A DNA stretch of 64,000 nucleotides from Candidatus Vogelbacteria bacterium RIFOXYD1_FULL_46_19 (GCA_001824825.1 MHTK01000006.1:252138-316137), one strand, 5' to 3'; counted from the first letter of the stretch, positions 38,621-48,805 are shown. Numbers and translations are program-made. The notes: a model not told the origin generated them from the sequence alone.

Positions 38621-39527
38621 TTCTAATCATGTAGGGGGATAGATTAGTGATAGAATAATGCAACCGTAACATCGTTTCGGCCATGAGACCTAACATAACC
38701 AAAAGAACCGCTAAAATTGCAAATAATGACCCAATGACCGGAAGTGGTGTTTCTGTAAAATTTAAAATACCCGCTATTCTAAGATAAACAGCTGCACTGA
38801 AAGTAACTACGGATAATACAGCCATGTACAAACCCACCCCGCCAAAAAAGCGCAATGGTCGGGCAAAATATTTAACAAAAAATACAATTCCTAACAAATC
38901 AAAAATCCCCCGAATCATTTTAGAAATACGAACCTTAGCTACCCCAGTTTCTCTAACAAAATGAGGAATTGGGACTTCCACTAATCTTGCCCCCCGTTCT
39001 TTCGCGACGGCCGGCAAAAACACCTGGGCTTCCCCCCATAGACGGAAATCTTTAATGAATTTAGACCGATAAACTTTCAATCCACAACCAAAATCATGAA
39101 GAGGTAAATTAAGCAACCAACGAGCAATCAAGTTAGCTAGTTTAGAAAATAAAACCCTCGTCCAATAATCATGTCGTTCTGTTCTCCAACCGACAGCAAC
39201 ATCATAACCATCATCAAGCTTGGCTAATAATTTTAAAATATCCCTGGGATCATTCTGTAAATCAGCATCAATCAAAACAATAATGTCGCCTTTGGCATTA
39301 TGAATGCCCACATCAATAGCTGCCGTTTGGCCATAATTACGCTGTAAAGAAATGAGACGGAGTGGTTGTAACCTACTTGCGACTTCTTCTGTCTTATCTT
39401 GTGAACCATCATTAATAAAAAGTATTTCAAAATTATCAGACTGTTTTGAAAGAGTTTGACAAAGTTTCTCATGCAAAGCAACCAAGGTTTTTGCCTCATT
39501 ATAAATTGGAACAATAATAGAAATCAT
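38604..39527 (-). CDS. GT2 polyprenol-phosphate glycosyltransferase (GtrB/ArnC/DPM1-like)
   Basis: 307 aa; 'ISIIVPIYNEAKTL', 'DADLQNDP' DXD; two C-terminal TM helices typical of GtrB. Confidence 0.7.
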   Translation of the reverse strand: MISIIVPIYNEAKTLVALHEKLCQTLSKQSDNFEILFINDGSQDKTEEVASRLQPLRLISLQRNYGQTAAIDVGIHNAKGDIIVLIDADLQNDPRDILKLLAKLDDGYDVAVGWRTERHDYWTRVLFSKLANLIARWLLNLPLHDFGCGLKVYRSKFIKDFRLWGEAQVFLPAVAKERGARLVEVPIPHFVRETGVAKVRISKMIRGIFDLLGIVFFVKYFARPLRFFGGVGLYMAVLSVVTFSAAVYLRIAGILNFTETPLPVIGSLFAILAVLLVMLGLMAETMLRLHYSITNLSPYMIRSASEK

Positions 39528-39597
39528 ACTAGTTGCGAAAATATATAACTAATCATAGATAAAGGGCGAGGCTTTATCAACCCCGCCCAGACTAGAC

Positions 39598-41235
39598 TCA
39601 GCCACCAGACCAACGACTCCCTATACTCGTCTCAAGACGCATCCTGACGTGATCGTCCGTATTAGCATGACGCCAACCCCAATCACGAAGTTCCAACACC
39701 CTCTCTGGCGAAACGGTCGTATTTCTCATAACCGCATTTTTCCAATTTAAAAGATCGGGATCGAAACTTGGATCAATATGTCCACCTTTCAACGCGATCT
39801 CATACAATTGACTTCCAGGAAAAGGTATGGGGATAAAGAAAGTACAATAAGCGGCCCCAGCTAACACTAAGCATCGTCCTAGTTCTATACTTTTTCTTAT
39901 TTCCTCCTCTGTTTCATCTGGAAAGCCTATCATTATATTGACAGGACAAGTTATACCAATCTTGGAAGCCGTCTTCACCAGTTCGACGACATCCAAATGC
40001 TCGTGGTTAAGTTTGCCGGTCGCGTACTTATTTAGAATCCGCTGAGACGCCGATTCGACCGGGAAAACAATCTGATCAAATCCAGCATCTGCTAGAAGTT
40101 CTAAATATTCCACATCAATAACATGAGAGCCTCCTGATACAGTCTTTAAGAAGTGCACCAGATTGACTCCATTCACATCGGCTATCTTCAAACCTTTGTG
40201 CTTGATTTGACTGAAAATACGACGCACTCGGTCTTTTTTAGCCAACAATGAATCATCCTCAAAGTAAATCTTGGACACCCCAAGATTTTTGAGTCTATCA
40301 ATTTCAGCAAATACACGATCAATCGATTTTAAACGAAGTGATCCTATATTACCAAATGTGATAGGCTGGCTCTTCTCCACAGAAATATGACAATACTTGC
40401 AACGAAAAGGACAACCCCGTGAGGTCATAATAGGCGCATACCGATCGTGACCATTGGAGATTACCCCGTGCGGGGAAGAGATCTTGTCATAATGCTGAAA
40501 AGGCAATTTATGCCAAGCTGGAAATGGCAATCGGTCAAGATCCAAATCGATATCGTTTGGATCAACTGGACAACAGACTGTCAAGCCACCACGTTCGGTT
40601 ATCACACCCGGCACCTCCGCCAAATCAATACCAATCTGCCAAGCCTGAATAAGACGAACTACAACCCTTTCCCCTTCGGATAAACATATCGCATCAACAT
40701 TACCACTTCGGAAAAAAGGCGTTGGCAAATTTCTAGCGTTGACACCACCAGCAATAACCAGGATGTCTCGTGAGACAATTTTTGCAGCCTCAGCAACTTC
40801 AAGAGCCAACCGTGTTTGGGGAGTAAAATTCGAGCTTATGCCAACCACATCATACCCACCACGGGCAATCTCCGATGCCAATTGATCTTTATTCATCCCT
40901 ATCCTGATGAGACCATTTGCTTGAACCTCTGATCGATAAAATGTCTCCTCTAAACTATTTTCTTTTGTACCAACCGAAGCATCAAGAACGTCAGTCTCAT
41001 ACCCAGCCGATTCTAAAGCCGAAGCTAAATAAAGCGGTCCGAGCGATCCGTCAGGTCTGGGTGTTTCTATTGACATCAATTGATTAGCTGGATAAACCAG
41101 CAACACTTTGACACTTTGTCTCCTCACACTGAGTCTCCTTTTCTTTGATAAAGACCGCTCTAAATTTCTACTGTATCTTATAACATTATTTACTAAACCT
41201 TTCAATGTCAGCGGGAGTGGTGAAATATAAGTCAT
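39598..41235 (-). CDS. B12-binding-domain radical SAM enzyme (class B)
   Basis: 545 aa; N-terminal cobalamin-binding-like domain (VKVLLVYP...), 'CPFRCKYCHI' CxxxCxxC radical SAM cluster motif. Confidence 0.65.
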   Translation of the reverse strand: MTYISPLPLTLKGLVNNVIRYSRNLERSLSKKRRLSVRRQSVKVLLVYPANQLMSIETPRPDGSLGPLYLASALESAGYETDVLDASVGTKENSLEETFYRSEVQANGLIRIGMNKDQLASEIARGGYDVVGISSNFTPQTRLALEVAEAAKIVSRDILVIAGGVNARNLPTPFFRSGNVDAICLSEGERVVVRLIQAWQIGIDLAEVPGVITERGGLTVCCPVDPNDIDLDLDRLPFPAWHKLPFQHYDKISSPHGVISNGHDRYAPIMTSRGCPFRCKYCHISVEKSQPITFGNIGSLRLKSIDRVFAEIDRLKNLGVSKIYFEDDSLLAKKDRVRRIFSQIKHKGLKIADVNGVNLVHFLKTVSGGSHVIDVEYLELLADAGFDQIVFPVESASQRILNKYATGKLNHEHLDVVELVKTASKIGITCPVNIMIGFPDETEEEIRKSIELGRCLVLAGAAYCTFFIPIPFPGSQLYEIALKGGHIDPSFDPDLLNWKNAVMRNTTVSPERVLELRDWGWRHANTDDHVRMRLETSIGSRWSGG

Positions 41236-41863
41236 CTTGTCCCAACACTATATACATAGGATAAGCTTTGTTAAACCGATTAAGCATTGGGGTCAAATAA
41301 TATTCGCCACTTTTTTGATGAAGAACCTTACGATAGTTGAAAATATCAGAATTTAAAACCATCACTCCGCCAGCCGCCATTACTGGCTTACTGGTTGGTT
41401 TTCTATGCTCAACTAGTTTGATAATCATACCGTCTTTATTGACCTTAACAACCCCCGTCGGAATTGGTTTTGATATGAAGTGACATAAACAGCTATAATT
41501 ATGAGATAAACATTTTTTTATTTCAGTTTTAGAGGGAAGCTCATCACCATAAATAAGAATAAATCTTTCTTGCGGTTTAGTGAAAAAATCTTTTACTTGT
41601 AATAAGGCATACGCTGGGCCAACCAACCGATCTTGCCTAACGAAAGAAAACGACACGAGTGGAAACTTTTCTTTTAAATATCTTTTAATTTTATTTCCTT
41701 GGTACCCAATAACTACAATTATGTGATCTATCGATGGTGGTAAAGATTCTATAATGTGATGAATTATAGGTTTACCCAAAACACTAATAAGAGGCTTGGG
41801 TAGTGTGTCAGTTAAACGTCCCATTCGCCGGCCACGCCCAGCCGCTAAAATTACAGCTTTCAT
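41186..41863 (-). CDS. hddC: sugar-1-phosphate nucleotidyltransferase, probable D-glycero-alpha-D-manno-heptose-1-phosphate guanylyltransferase
   Basis: 225 aa; 'MKAVILAAGRGRRMG...LPKPL' nucleotidyltransferase signature; size matches HddC; overlaps radical SAM ORF by 50 nt. Confidence 0.55.
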   Translation of the reverse strand: MKAVILAAGRGRRMGRLTDTLPKPLISVLGKPIIHHIIESLPPSIDHIIVVIGYQGNKIKRYLKEKFPLVSFSFVRQDRLVGPAYALLQVKDFFTKPQERFILIYGDELPSKTEIKKCLSHNYSCLCHFISKPIPTGVVKVNKDGMIIKLVEHRKPTSKPVMAAGGVMVLNSDIFNYRKVLHQKSGEYYLTPMLNRFNKAYPMYIVLGQDDLYFTTPADIERFSK

Positions 41864-41868
41864 AAATT

Positions 41869-42306
41869 TTAATCAAAACGAAAAATAAAACGTCTGCTAA
41901 AAATAAAACTTAACGCAGCCATTGTACCAACAACCAATGTCTGTGACAAAAGATAATAAACACCAAAAATCGATGTTAAAAGATAAATCAAACCTAAACC
42001 AATCGGGGCAGAAACAACATACATTAAAATGTGTTTTAAATATTGTTTAGCTAGCGGTTCTGACCGATGCCCTCGAAAAGTATAAAAAAAATTTAGAATA
42101 AACATAACAGTCCAACTGACAACTGTGCCCATCACTACAGAAATTATGTACCAAAAATTTAAATATTCAGTCAAGAAGAAAGTTATTATCAAGTTCAATA
42201 AAAAAGCAGCCCCTCCTGATAAACCATAAAAAATAAGTTGGATTGGTATGCAACGTTTCATCTCGTAAATAATCTTATCCCTCCATATATAAGTTATATT
42301 TTCCAC
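41869..42306 (-). CDS. GtrA-family small membrane protein
   Basis: 145 aa, 4 TM helices; 'GLSGGAAFLLNLIITFFLTEYLNFWY' GtrA-like. Confidence 0.55.
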   Translation of the reverse strand: MENITYIWRDKIIYEMKRCIPIQLIFYGLSGGAAFLLNLIITFFLTEYLNFWYIISVVMGTVVSWTVMFILNFFYTFRGHRSEPLAKQYLKHILMYVVSAPIGLGLIYLLTSIFGVYYLLSQTLVVGTMAALSFIFSRRFIFRFD

Positions 42307-43400
42307 TGGTCGAGAACTTCAAAAATTCTTTGACTGACTCTCTTATCCCATAAGGGTATTTTACCGGGAACAAAAACCGTTCTTTTTAAGTGATTAATAA
42401 TGTCCTGGCTAGAAGCTTCGTCAATCGGAAATAATTTATTAGAACCAAGCTCTAAAGTGATGGGTCGTTCGGTATTATCGCGCAAGGTCGCGCAAGGGAT
42501 ACCGAGGTGACTGGTTTCTTCTTGAATTCCGCCAGAATCAGTCACCACCCCAATACTCTCCTTAGTTAATTTAACGAAATCAAAATAGCCGGTCGGCTCA
42601 ATTACTAGTAAATTTTCAATAAGTGGCTTTAATTTATACTCCTCAATTTTTTTGCGAGTACCAGGGTGCAAAGGGAAAATTACCGGCCAAACTTTAGCAA
42701 TCTCATTAACTAGTAAGAGTACCCTCTCTAAATCTTTCTTACTGTCGATATTTTCCTGACGATGAATGGTTGCCAAAACATAACCTTTAGAAGTTAAGCC
42801 AAGATCCTCCACGATTTTAGAGGACATTATTTTATCACGATAAATCTCTAATGATTCAATCATGATATTACCAACTAAATGAATCTTTTCTATTTTTACT
42901 CCTTCTCGAAGTAAATTATCTATTCCCGACTGTTCAGTCACAAAATGTAGATTCGATAAATGATCAACAATCGCCCGGTTAATTTCCTCTGGCATTCGTC
43001 GATCATAACTCCTCAAACCAGCTTCAATGTGAACTAACTTGACATTATATTTGATCGCCGCCAAAGCGCCGGCTAAAGTTGAATTTACATCGCCAAAAAC
43101 AATCGCTCCATCAAATTTATGGTGCTTAAATACCTCCTTCATCTTATCAAACATCAAGGCAATTTTTTCTGTGTGCCGTTCCCCACCCGGAGCTAGAAAA
43201 ATGTCCGGTTTAGGAATGCCAAGTTCTTCAAAAAATACTTCCGACATATTTCGATCAAAATGTTGGCCAGTATGAATAACCACCCAGTCAAATCGAGGAT
43301 GTTTCACCGACTCGCGTAAAAAAGGAGCTGCTTTAACGAAATTTGGCCGAGTCCCCACTATAACCGCAAAGCGAAGCTTGGAACGTGAAAATAAATTCAT
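42294..43400 (-). CDS. wecB: UDP-N-acetylglucosamine 2-epimerase (non-hydrolysing)
   Basis: 368 aa; 'FAVIVGTRPNFVKAAPF', 'HTGQHFDRNMS', 'DSGGIQEE'. Confidence 0.8.
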   Translation of the reverse strand: MNLFSRSKLRFAVIVGTRPNFVKAAPFLRESVKHPRFDWVVIHTGQHFDRNMSEVFFEELGIPKPDIFLAPGGERHTEKIALMFDKMKEVFKHHKFDGAIVFGDVNSTLAGALAAIKYNVKLVHIEAGLRSYDRRMPEEINRAIVDHLSNLHFVTEQSGIDNLLREGVKIEKIHLVGNIMIESLEIYRDKIMSSKIVEDLGLTSKGYVLATIHRQENIDSKKDLERVLLLVNEIAKVWPVIFPLHPGTRKKIEEYKLKPLIENLLVIEPTGYFDFVKLTKESIGVVTDSGGIQEETSHLGIPCATLRDNTERPITLELGSNKLFPIDEASSQDIINHLKRTVFVPGKIPLWDKRVSQRIFEVLDQWKI

Positions 43401-43411
43401 AACACAAATTT

Positions 43412-44365
43412 TTAAAGGCCATAGTATTGCCTCATCCAGTCAATCGTCTTCTTAACCCCAGTCTCGAGATCCACAGTCAGCTTATGTCCCAAATCATGTT
43501 CAGCTTTAGAAGTATCAACTCGTTTGTCTTTGGTAGTTAAAATTTCACCCTCTTGATAAGTAATCAACTCGCGTGGCGCTCTAGTATAAGTCCAAATGAT
43601 ATCAGCTAGAGTCTCAATATCGTGCTCTTCCTTGCCGCCGATATTGTAAACTTCGCCTGGTTTAAAATTATCAACAATATTGGCGAGAGTAGTGCAGGTA
43701 TCCTCGAGATATGTTGAACTTCTAGTGTGACCTTTATAGACCGTAACCGGCAGACCATGAAGTGCATGGTAGCAAAACTTACAGTTGACACTGCGGTAAG
43801 GATGATACCATTCTCCCGGCCCATAGGTATTGAACAAACGAACAATGACAGTCTCTGTGCCATGCTTAATGCCTGAGTTTCTTATTTGTTGCTCATTAAC
43901 CCATTTAGAGAGAGCATAGTCGTTAAGTTGTTTAACCTCTATAGTGTTCATCACCTCCTCCGTCATTACCTCAGGGTAATCCCCATACACTTCCGACGAA
44001 GAAAAGTGGACTAACCTAAACCCCAACTTCTCTTGAAGTCGAATAATATTCTTGGTCCCGATAGCATTGGTTCGCCACACTTGTTCATAAAAATCTTCTC
44101 CGTTCCATCGCCCAAACTCGGCTGCACAGTGATAGACCAAGTCAAAAGGACCAGCCGCTTCAAAAACCCTCTCAAGCTGGCGATAATCAGCTACGTCGCA
44201 CCTTGAATATTTAAAATCCCCCTTCGACATCTCATGTTCCCAACCCCGTTCTCCTAAATGATGTGCGAGATCTAACCCAAAAACCGAGTGGCCCCTTTCT
44301 AACAGCTTAGTTTTGAGCCAAGAACCAACCACCCCTCGGCTTCCGGTTATAAGTATTTTTGCCAT
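43412..44365 (-). CDS. NAD-dependent epimerase/dehydratase (extended SDR)
   Basis: 317 aa; 'ILITGSRGVVGSWL' Rossmann; YxxxK in 'YALSK'. Confidence 0.7.
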   Translation of the reverse strand: MAKILITGSRGVVGSWLKTKLLERGHSVFGLDLAHHLGERGWEHEMSKGDFKYSRCDVADYRQLERVFEAAGPFDLVYHCAAEFGRWNGEDFYEQVWRTNAIGTKNIIRLQEKLGFRLVHFSSSEVYGDYPEVMTEEVMNTIEVKQLNDYALSKWVNEQQIRNSGIKHGTETVIVRLFNTYGPGEWYHPYRSVNCKFCYHALHGLPVTVYKGHTRSSTYLEDTCTTLANIVDNFKPGEVYNIGGKEEHDIETLADIIWTYTRAPRELITYQEGEILTTKDKRVDTSKAEHDLGHKLTVDLETGVKKTIDWMRQYYGL

Positions 44366-44404
44366 AATATTAAGCTAATTATACACAATAAAAACTCGAG
44401 TCAA

Positions 44405-45016
44405 CTATTCTCTATTTTTAATGAGACCCTGCACTACATCGCAGTAAAGTTTATAGAGCGGAATAGCAGTGGAGTCATCTCCTACTTCATCAGCCTTAGC
44501 TAGACTAACAGCGTCTTCAAGCGGCATTAAACATATAGAAATTCCTGGATCACTTAACTGGGTTAGCTGGCTGGCTTCTTTTAAAGTGAGTTCTAGTCTA
44601 AATATGGATATGGGCGTTTCAACAACTGTATAGCCAATCATTCTACCATCAGATATAAGACGATCTTGCTCAATCTTCAAATCAGCCTTGTTTTCCAAGT
44701 TCCGGACCACAGCTCGTTCTGGAGTTTCCGTCTCACCTATATATCCTCCAATTGTTTTTAGGATTACACCCATTTTTTCCGAACAAACTTGCTCTATAAG
44801 TAACACTTCGTAGTTGTTGCCCTTTTTTACAAAAGGAAGCACCACCACAGCCGGTGCCGTTTTAACCATCGTATAAATATCTCCATTGGGAGCCTTCCAA
44901 GCCATTGCTGTCATAAAGTCAGAAGCAAAAAGCGGCACCCGCAAAGTCTTAAAACCTTTTCCAATCCATTTAATGAGAGTGATCAATAAACTATTCGATT
45001 GCCTTTTATTTTTCAT
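44405..45016 (-). CDS. hypothetical protein, degenerate Nudix-like
   Basis: 203 aa; 'GGYIGETETPERAVVRNLENK' loosely fits Nudix box Gx5Ex7REvxEE. Confidence 0.3.
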   Translation of the reverse strand: MKNKRQSNSLLITLIKWIGKGFKTLRVPLFASDFMTAMAWKAPNGDIYTMVKTAPAVVVLPFVKKGNNYEVLLIEQVCSEKMGVILKTIGGYIGETETPERAVVRNLENKADLKIEQDRLISDGRMIGYTVVETPISIFRLELTLKEASQLTQLSDPGISICLMPLEDAVSLAKADEVGDDSTAIPLYKLYCDVVQGLIKNRE

Positions 45017-45825
45017 TTCTTAATAGCTCTTAATACCAAGTGGCGCCCAAATGGCAGACCTGACCTAGTTAGAAGCTTTTCAAACCAAATAGTCAATTTT
45101 CTAAGTGGCGGAATATGTAGAGGCACCTTTAATAAAAAATCCATGTAGGGCCCGTCAATCCAAGAAACACTACTTATCTTTTCGACCCTCAAACCACTCA
45201 ATTCCAACCATTCTCTCATCGTTTTAGCTGTAAACTCCCTCACATGCGAGTCTCCATGTTTTTTAAGACTATCCTGAGAGAAATGTTTCATGGGGCAAAA
45301 CTTTCGCACCCTGATTGATCGCAAAAACCTCCCCCACCAAGTGCCATCGGCATTTAAGTTAGGCACGGAAATTACCAACAAGCCTCCAGGAACTAGAACT
45401 CTCAGTAATTCCTTTAGAGCCTCCTCTTTATGGAAAACATGTTCAAGGACTTCTCCGCAAATAACTTTATCAAAATATCCATCACGATACGGCAAAGATT
45501 CTATCACCGCCGTCTTAAAGTTAACATTTAAGATGTTATTATCTGATTTAAATTGATTAGCCTGGTTGATAAAACTATCCGCAATATCAACACCATGCCC
45601 TTCTTCAATACTTTGAGCAAGCTTAAAGACCTGCCGACCGGAAGCACAGCCAACATCCAATATCTTATCTGTTTTTTGAGGTTTAACAAACCTATAAATC
45701 TCTCCTTCTCGAAGATAATTAGTTAATCCTATGCGATAGGTGGGCTGAAATTTGATTTGGAGGTAACTACCACCGGCATCTCCACCAATATCCTCCCACA
45801 TTTCTTTATAATTATTGTCTACCAT
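45013..45825 (-). CDS. class I SAM-dependent methyltransferase
   Basis: 270 aa; 'ILDVGCASGRQ', 'LVPGGLLVISVPN'. Confidence 0.65.
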   Translation of the reverse strand: MVDNNYKEMWEDIGGDAGGSYLQIKFQPTYRIGLTNYLREGEIYRFVKPQKTDKILDVGCASGRQVFKLAQSIEEGHGVDIADSFINQANQFKSDNNILNVNFKTAVIESLPYRDGYFDKVICGEVLEHVFHKEEALKELLRVLVPGGLLVISVPNLNADGTWWGRFLRSIRVRKFCPMKHFSQDSLKKHGDSHVREFTAKTMREWLELSGLRVEKISSVSWIDGPYMDFLLKVPLHIPPLRKLTIWFEKLLTRSGLPFGRHLVLRAIKK

Positions 45826-45828
45826 TAT

Positions 45829-46926
45829 TTATACTTGATGAACTGCTTTATTGATAATTTTTCCAAGCTTCGTCCAAGTTAAATTTTCGCGCACATATTT
45901 TGCTCCTTTTCGCCCCAAATCTCGCCTCTGGCTTACCGACATTTCAAACAATTTAACCAAAGCTTCTTCTAATTCTTTTTCAATCCGATCCGGACTGATA
46001 ATTATAGGGCAATCTTCTCCCTCAAACAACTCCCAAACCGGCCCCACCCTAGTGGTAATAACCGGCAAACCAGTGACTAAATATTCCGGCAACTTAGAGG
46101 GAAAGGCATATTCGGTCATAGGAATACTTGGCCTCACTAAAACCAATACGCTTGATCTAACCACTAAAGGTTGAACTTCATCGTGAGGAATTTTGAAAGA
46201 AAGATCTGAAATTTCCAACAAATTCAACTTTTTTAGAGTTTCTTCTATCTCTCCCTGACCACTCGACATAATCATATTAAGGCGAAACGGAAAAAGGTTC
46301 TTTTCCTTTATCCGCGACAAAACATTCAACAACTGGTCCAAACCCTGGTAGGCTTTAGCATTGCCGGTATAGCCAACAACAAAGGTATCATTGTCCTCCA
46401 CCGGCGTCTCCATATTGACCTGATTTTCCGCTACACCACCGTAGACAACAACCGCTTTCTTAAGTTTTGGTCCGTAAAAATCAACTAATTTCTGTGATAC
46501 CGCAAAAACTAAATCGTAAAACCTTATCAGTAAATTTATTTTCCTCTGCAAGAGCTCGCTTTTAGGACGACTCATGAGCCCCTGATAATGCATTTCTGAG
46601 GCATAGAGTCCATGTAAGTCAATTGCTATTTTAACTCCTGTAAAAAACTTGATCCACACCGGCAGATCAATTTCAATATCAGTGGCCACCACCACCAATT
46701 CTATCTTTTCGGTCTTGACCAGCCTGGTAAAAAATTTAATTTTTTGTAGCAAACCAATCTCGGGATATTTAAAGAAGAGACCGGTAAAACCACGACATGA
46801 ATCAGGAGCCGATAAAATAACCTCATGTTCTTTTTGTAACTCTGTAACAAAACCACAAATCCTAATAGGTGTACCTCGTTTAGGATTAGCTAATGATTCC
46901 CTGGTGATAAAAAGCACTTTTTTCAT
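45829..46926 (-). CDS. glycosyltransferase family 4
   Basis: 365 aa; C-terminal 'FPSKLPEYLVTGLPVITTRVG'. Confidence 0.6.
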   Translation of the reverse strand: MKKVLFITRESLANPKRGTPIRICGFVTELQKEHEVILSAPDSCRGFTGLFFKYPEIGLLQKIKFFTRLVKTEKIELVVVATDIEIDLPVWIKFFTGVKIAIDLHGLYASEMHYQGLMSRPKSELLQRKINLLIRFYDLVFAVSQKLVDFYGPKLKKAVVVYGGVAENQVNMETPVEDNDTFVVGYTGNAKAYQGLDQLLNVLSRIKEKNLFPFRLNMIMSSGQGEIEETLKKLNLLEISDLSFKIPHDEVQPLVVRSSVLVLVRPSIPMTEYAFPSKLPEYLVTGLPVITTRVGPVWELFEGEDCPIIISPDRIEKELEEALVKLFEMSVSQRRDLGRKGAKYVRENLTWTKLGKIINKAVHQV

Positions 46927-46930
46927 AAAG

Positions 46931-47929
46931 CTAATTGGTTATAGTGTTAGACAACTTGTCTACTAACAATTTCAAACTATGTTCGGCTACAACCTTCTCT
47001 CTATTACTCTTTCTTAAGTTAGCTTTAGTTTCTTCTACGGTGTTGAGGGCCTGCTCTAATTTGTTCTCAAAATGACGAATATTATCACTATTATCAACCA
47101 CTGTCACAGCCTCGCAAGCCATAGCCTCGAAAATAGTCTTGTCCATACTCCCTGTCGGAGTTAAGTTGACATAAACATCCTTGCTCTGAAAAAAATCTCG
47201 AGCCTCTTCTTGGTTAACCGCCGGAATAAATATAAGATGTCCCGAATTTAAAATAGGAATAGCCATTTGGCGCAACTTTTGTGCATAGACCTGATCTTTT
47301 TCATTAGCAGGAGACCCAATTATATAAGCTTTAAAATCAAGACCTAAATTTTTAAGGCCGATTAGAGCTTCAATAAATAAATCCACTCTCTTTACTGGAG
47401 ATATTCGACCAAGCATGAAGACAGATCCCCCTTCCCGCTTATTATTATGAGGAGGGTGGAAAAAATCAGTATCCACACCAACTGGCATCAAAATAGCCTT
47501 CTTAAACCGGGCGGTGTAAGAGTCCGGTGAAGTGCAAAAAACTTTAGTACTAAAGTAAACCGCTAGCCTAGTTAGCCAGTTGCCTTGCCGATGATTACGC
47601 CAGAAAAATATCTCTTTACCTAGTAAATACCATAAGGGCTTGCCCAACAAAACATACTCTTGATTCATATGGACAAAAACCTTTTCATAGTTTGCTCTTT
47701 CATTCCAAATATATTTAAAAAGTCTAAGGGTGTACTTGATTTTTGACAAACCGTCTTCTTTGCCAAGCGATAAAACCTTAATATTAGACGGCAAGTTATG
47801 TTCACCCGTGAAAAGACAAATAACGGTGATGTGGTCAAATTTGGCCGAAAACTTTTTCAGCCAATTATGAAAAAAACCCAAGACCGGGTCATTTACATCA
47901 ACAGACTGAGTTATAATTAGTAGTTTCAT
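46931..47929 (-). CDS. glycosyltransferase (GT4-like)
   Basis: 332 aa; 'GRISPVKRVDLFIEAL', 'FEAMACEAVTVV'. Confidence 0.55.
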   Translation of the reverse strand: MKLLIITQSVDVNDPVLGFFHNWLKKFSAKFDHITVICLFTGEHNLPSNIKVLSLGKEDGLSKIKYTLRLFKYIWNERANYEKVFVHMNQEYVLLGKPLWYLLGKEIFFWRNHRQGNWLTRLAVYFSTKVFCTSPDSYTARFKKAILMPVGVDTDFFHPPHNNKREGGSVFMLGRISPVKRVDLFIEALIGLKNLGLDFKAYIIGSPANEKDQVYAQKLRQMAIPILNSGHLIFIPAVNQEEARDFFQSKDVYVNLTPTGSMDKTIFEAMACEAVTVVDNSDNIRHFENKLEQALNTVEETKANLRKSNREKVVAEHSLKLLVDKLSNTITN

Positions 47930-47932
47930 TTA

Positions 47933-48799
47933 TCATTCTATATTCTTCCTCGTTAGAATATCCTTACCATAAACTCCTGTTAACAAATCGAGATCTTTTT
48001 TAGTTTCTATTAACAATGAGTTGTTTTTTTCTTCATTGGCCTTCAAAACTTGTAGCCCCAACACGTCATCAGGTCTATTTTTTTCATAAAAATCCACAAA
48101 AGCAGCAAAATCTTTAATGAAACAGTGGCCACCGGCGCCGCGACCACTTTTATGAATCGGATTCAAGTAAGTCGGCCCGGTATCAGGATCGGCACTCATA
48201 GCTTCTTTCACCACCTCCCAGTCAGCCCCAATGTCCGTAGATAGATCATAAAGGACGTTGGAAAAAATAACCCTGACATATCCTAAAACGTTGCGGCCGT
48301 ATTTAATCGTTTCAGCGTCAACCGAAGAGCAAATCTTTTCGTACCCCGCTTTCGGTAAAACACTCATAACCAACTTGGCTTTCTCGTGGTAAGTAGGAGA
48401 ACCCAGCGGCACCCCAACAATGTTTCTCGCCGGGTTAGCCGCGTCATGAGCAGCCGTAGCTTCAGTTAGAAATTCCGGCGAGTTTAAGACAAAAATCTCA
48501 GGATAAAGTTCCTGCAAGTGACCAGTGGTACCCGGTAAAATCGTAGATTTGATAACAGCAATTTTGTCTTTACCAACTAACCCCAAAACCTCTTTTATGA
48601 TGGAGTAGTCAAACCCCTCGGGTGTAGTAGGTGTGGGGACGGCAATAAAAACAACGTCACACTCTGCTATAGCGTCTCGATTGTCGATATATGGTTTTTC
48701 CATCGCATAGCGAGTAACCACAAATCCCCTCTTCTCAAAATCATCAGCATAATTTTTACCGATCCAACCTTGACCAATAAATCCGATCTTTAAATTCAT
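47933..48799 (-). CDS. NAD-binding dehydrogenase related to the UDP-glucose/GDP-mannose dehydrogenase family (short form)
   Basis: 288 aa; 'KIGFIGQGWIGKNY' Rossmann; 'GAGGHCFIKD' resembles the catalytic 'GGxCFxKD' motif; shorter than canonical members. Confidence 0.4.
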   Translation of the reverse strand: MNLKIGFIGQGWIGKNYADDFEKRGFVVTRYAMEKPYIDNRDAIAECDVVFIAVPTPTTPEGFDYSIIKEVLGLVGKDKIAVIKSTILPGTTGHLQELYPEIFVLNSPEFLTEATAAHDAANPARNIVGVPLGSPTYHEKAKLVMSVLPKAGYEKICSSVDAETIKYGRNVLGYVRVIFSNVLYDLSTDIGADWEVVKEAMSADPDTGPTYLNPIHKSGRGAGGHCFIKDFAAFVDFYEKNRPDDVLGLQVLKANEEKNNSLLIETKKDLDLLTGVYGKDILTRKNIE

Positions 48800-48805
48800 A
48801 GTATT

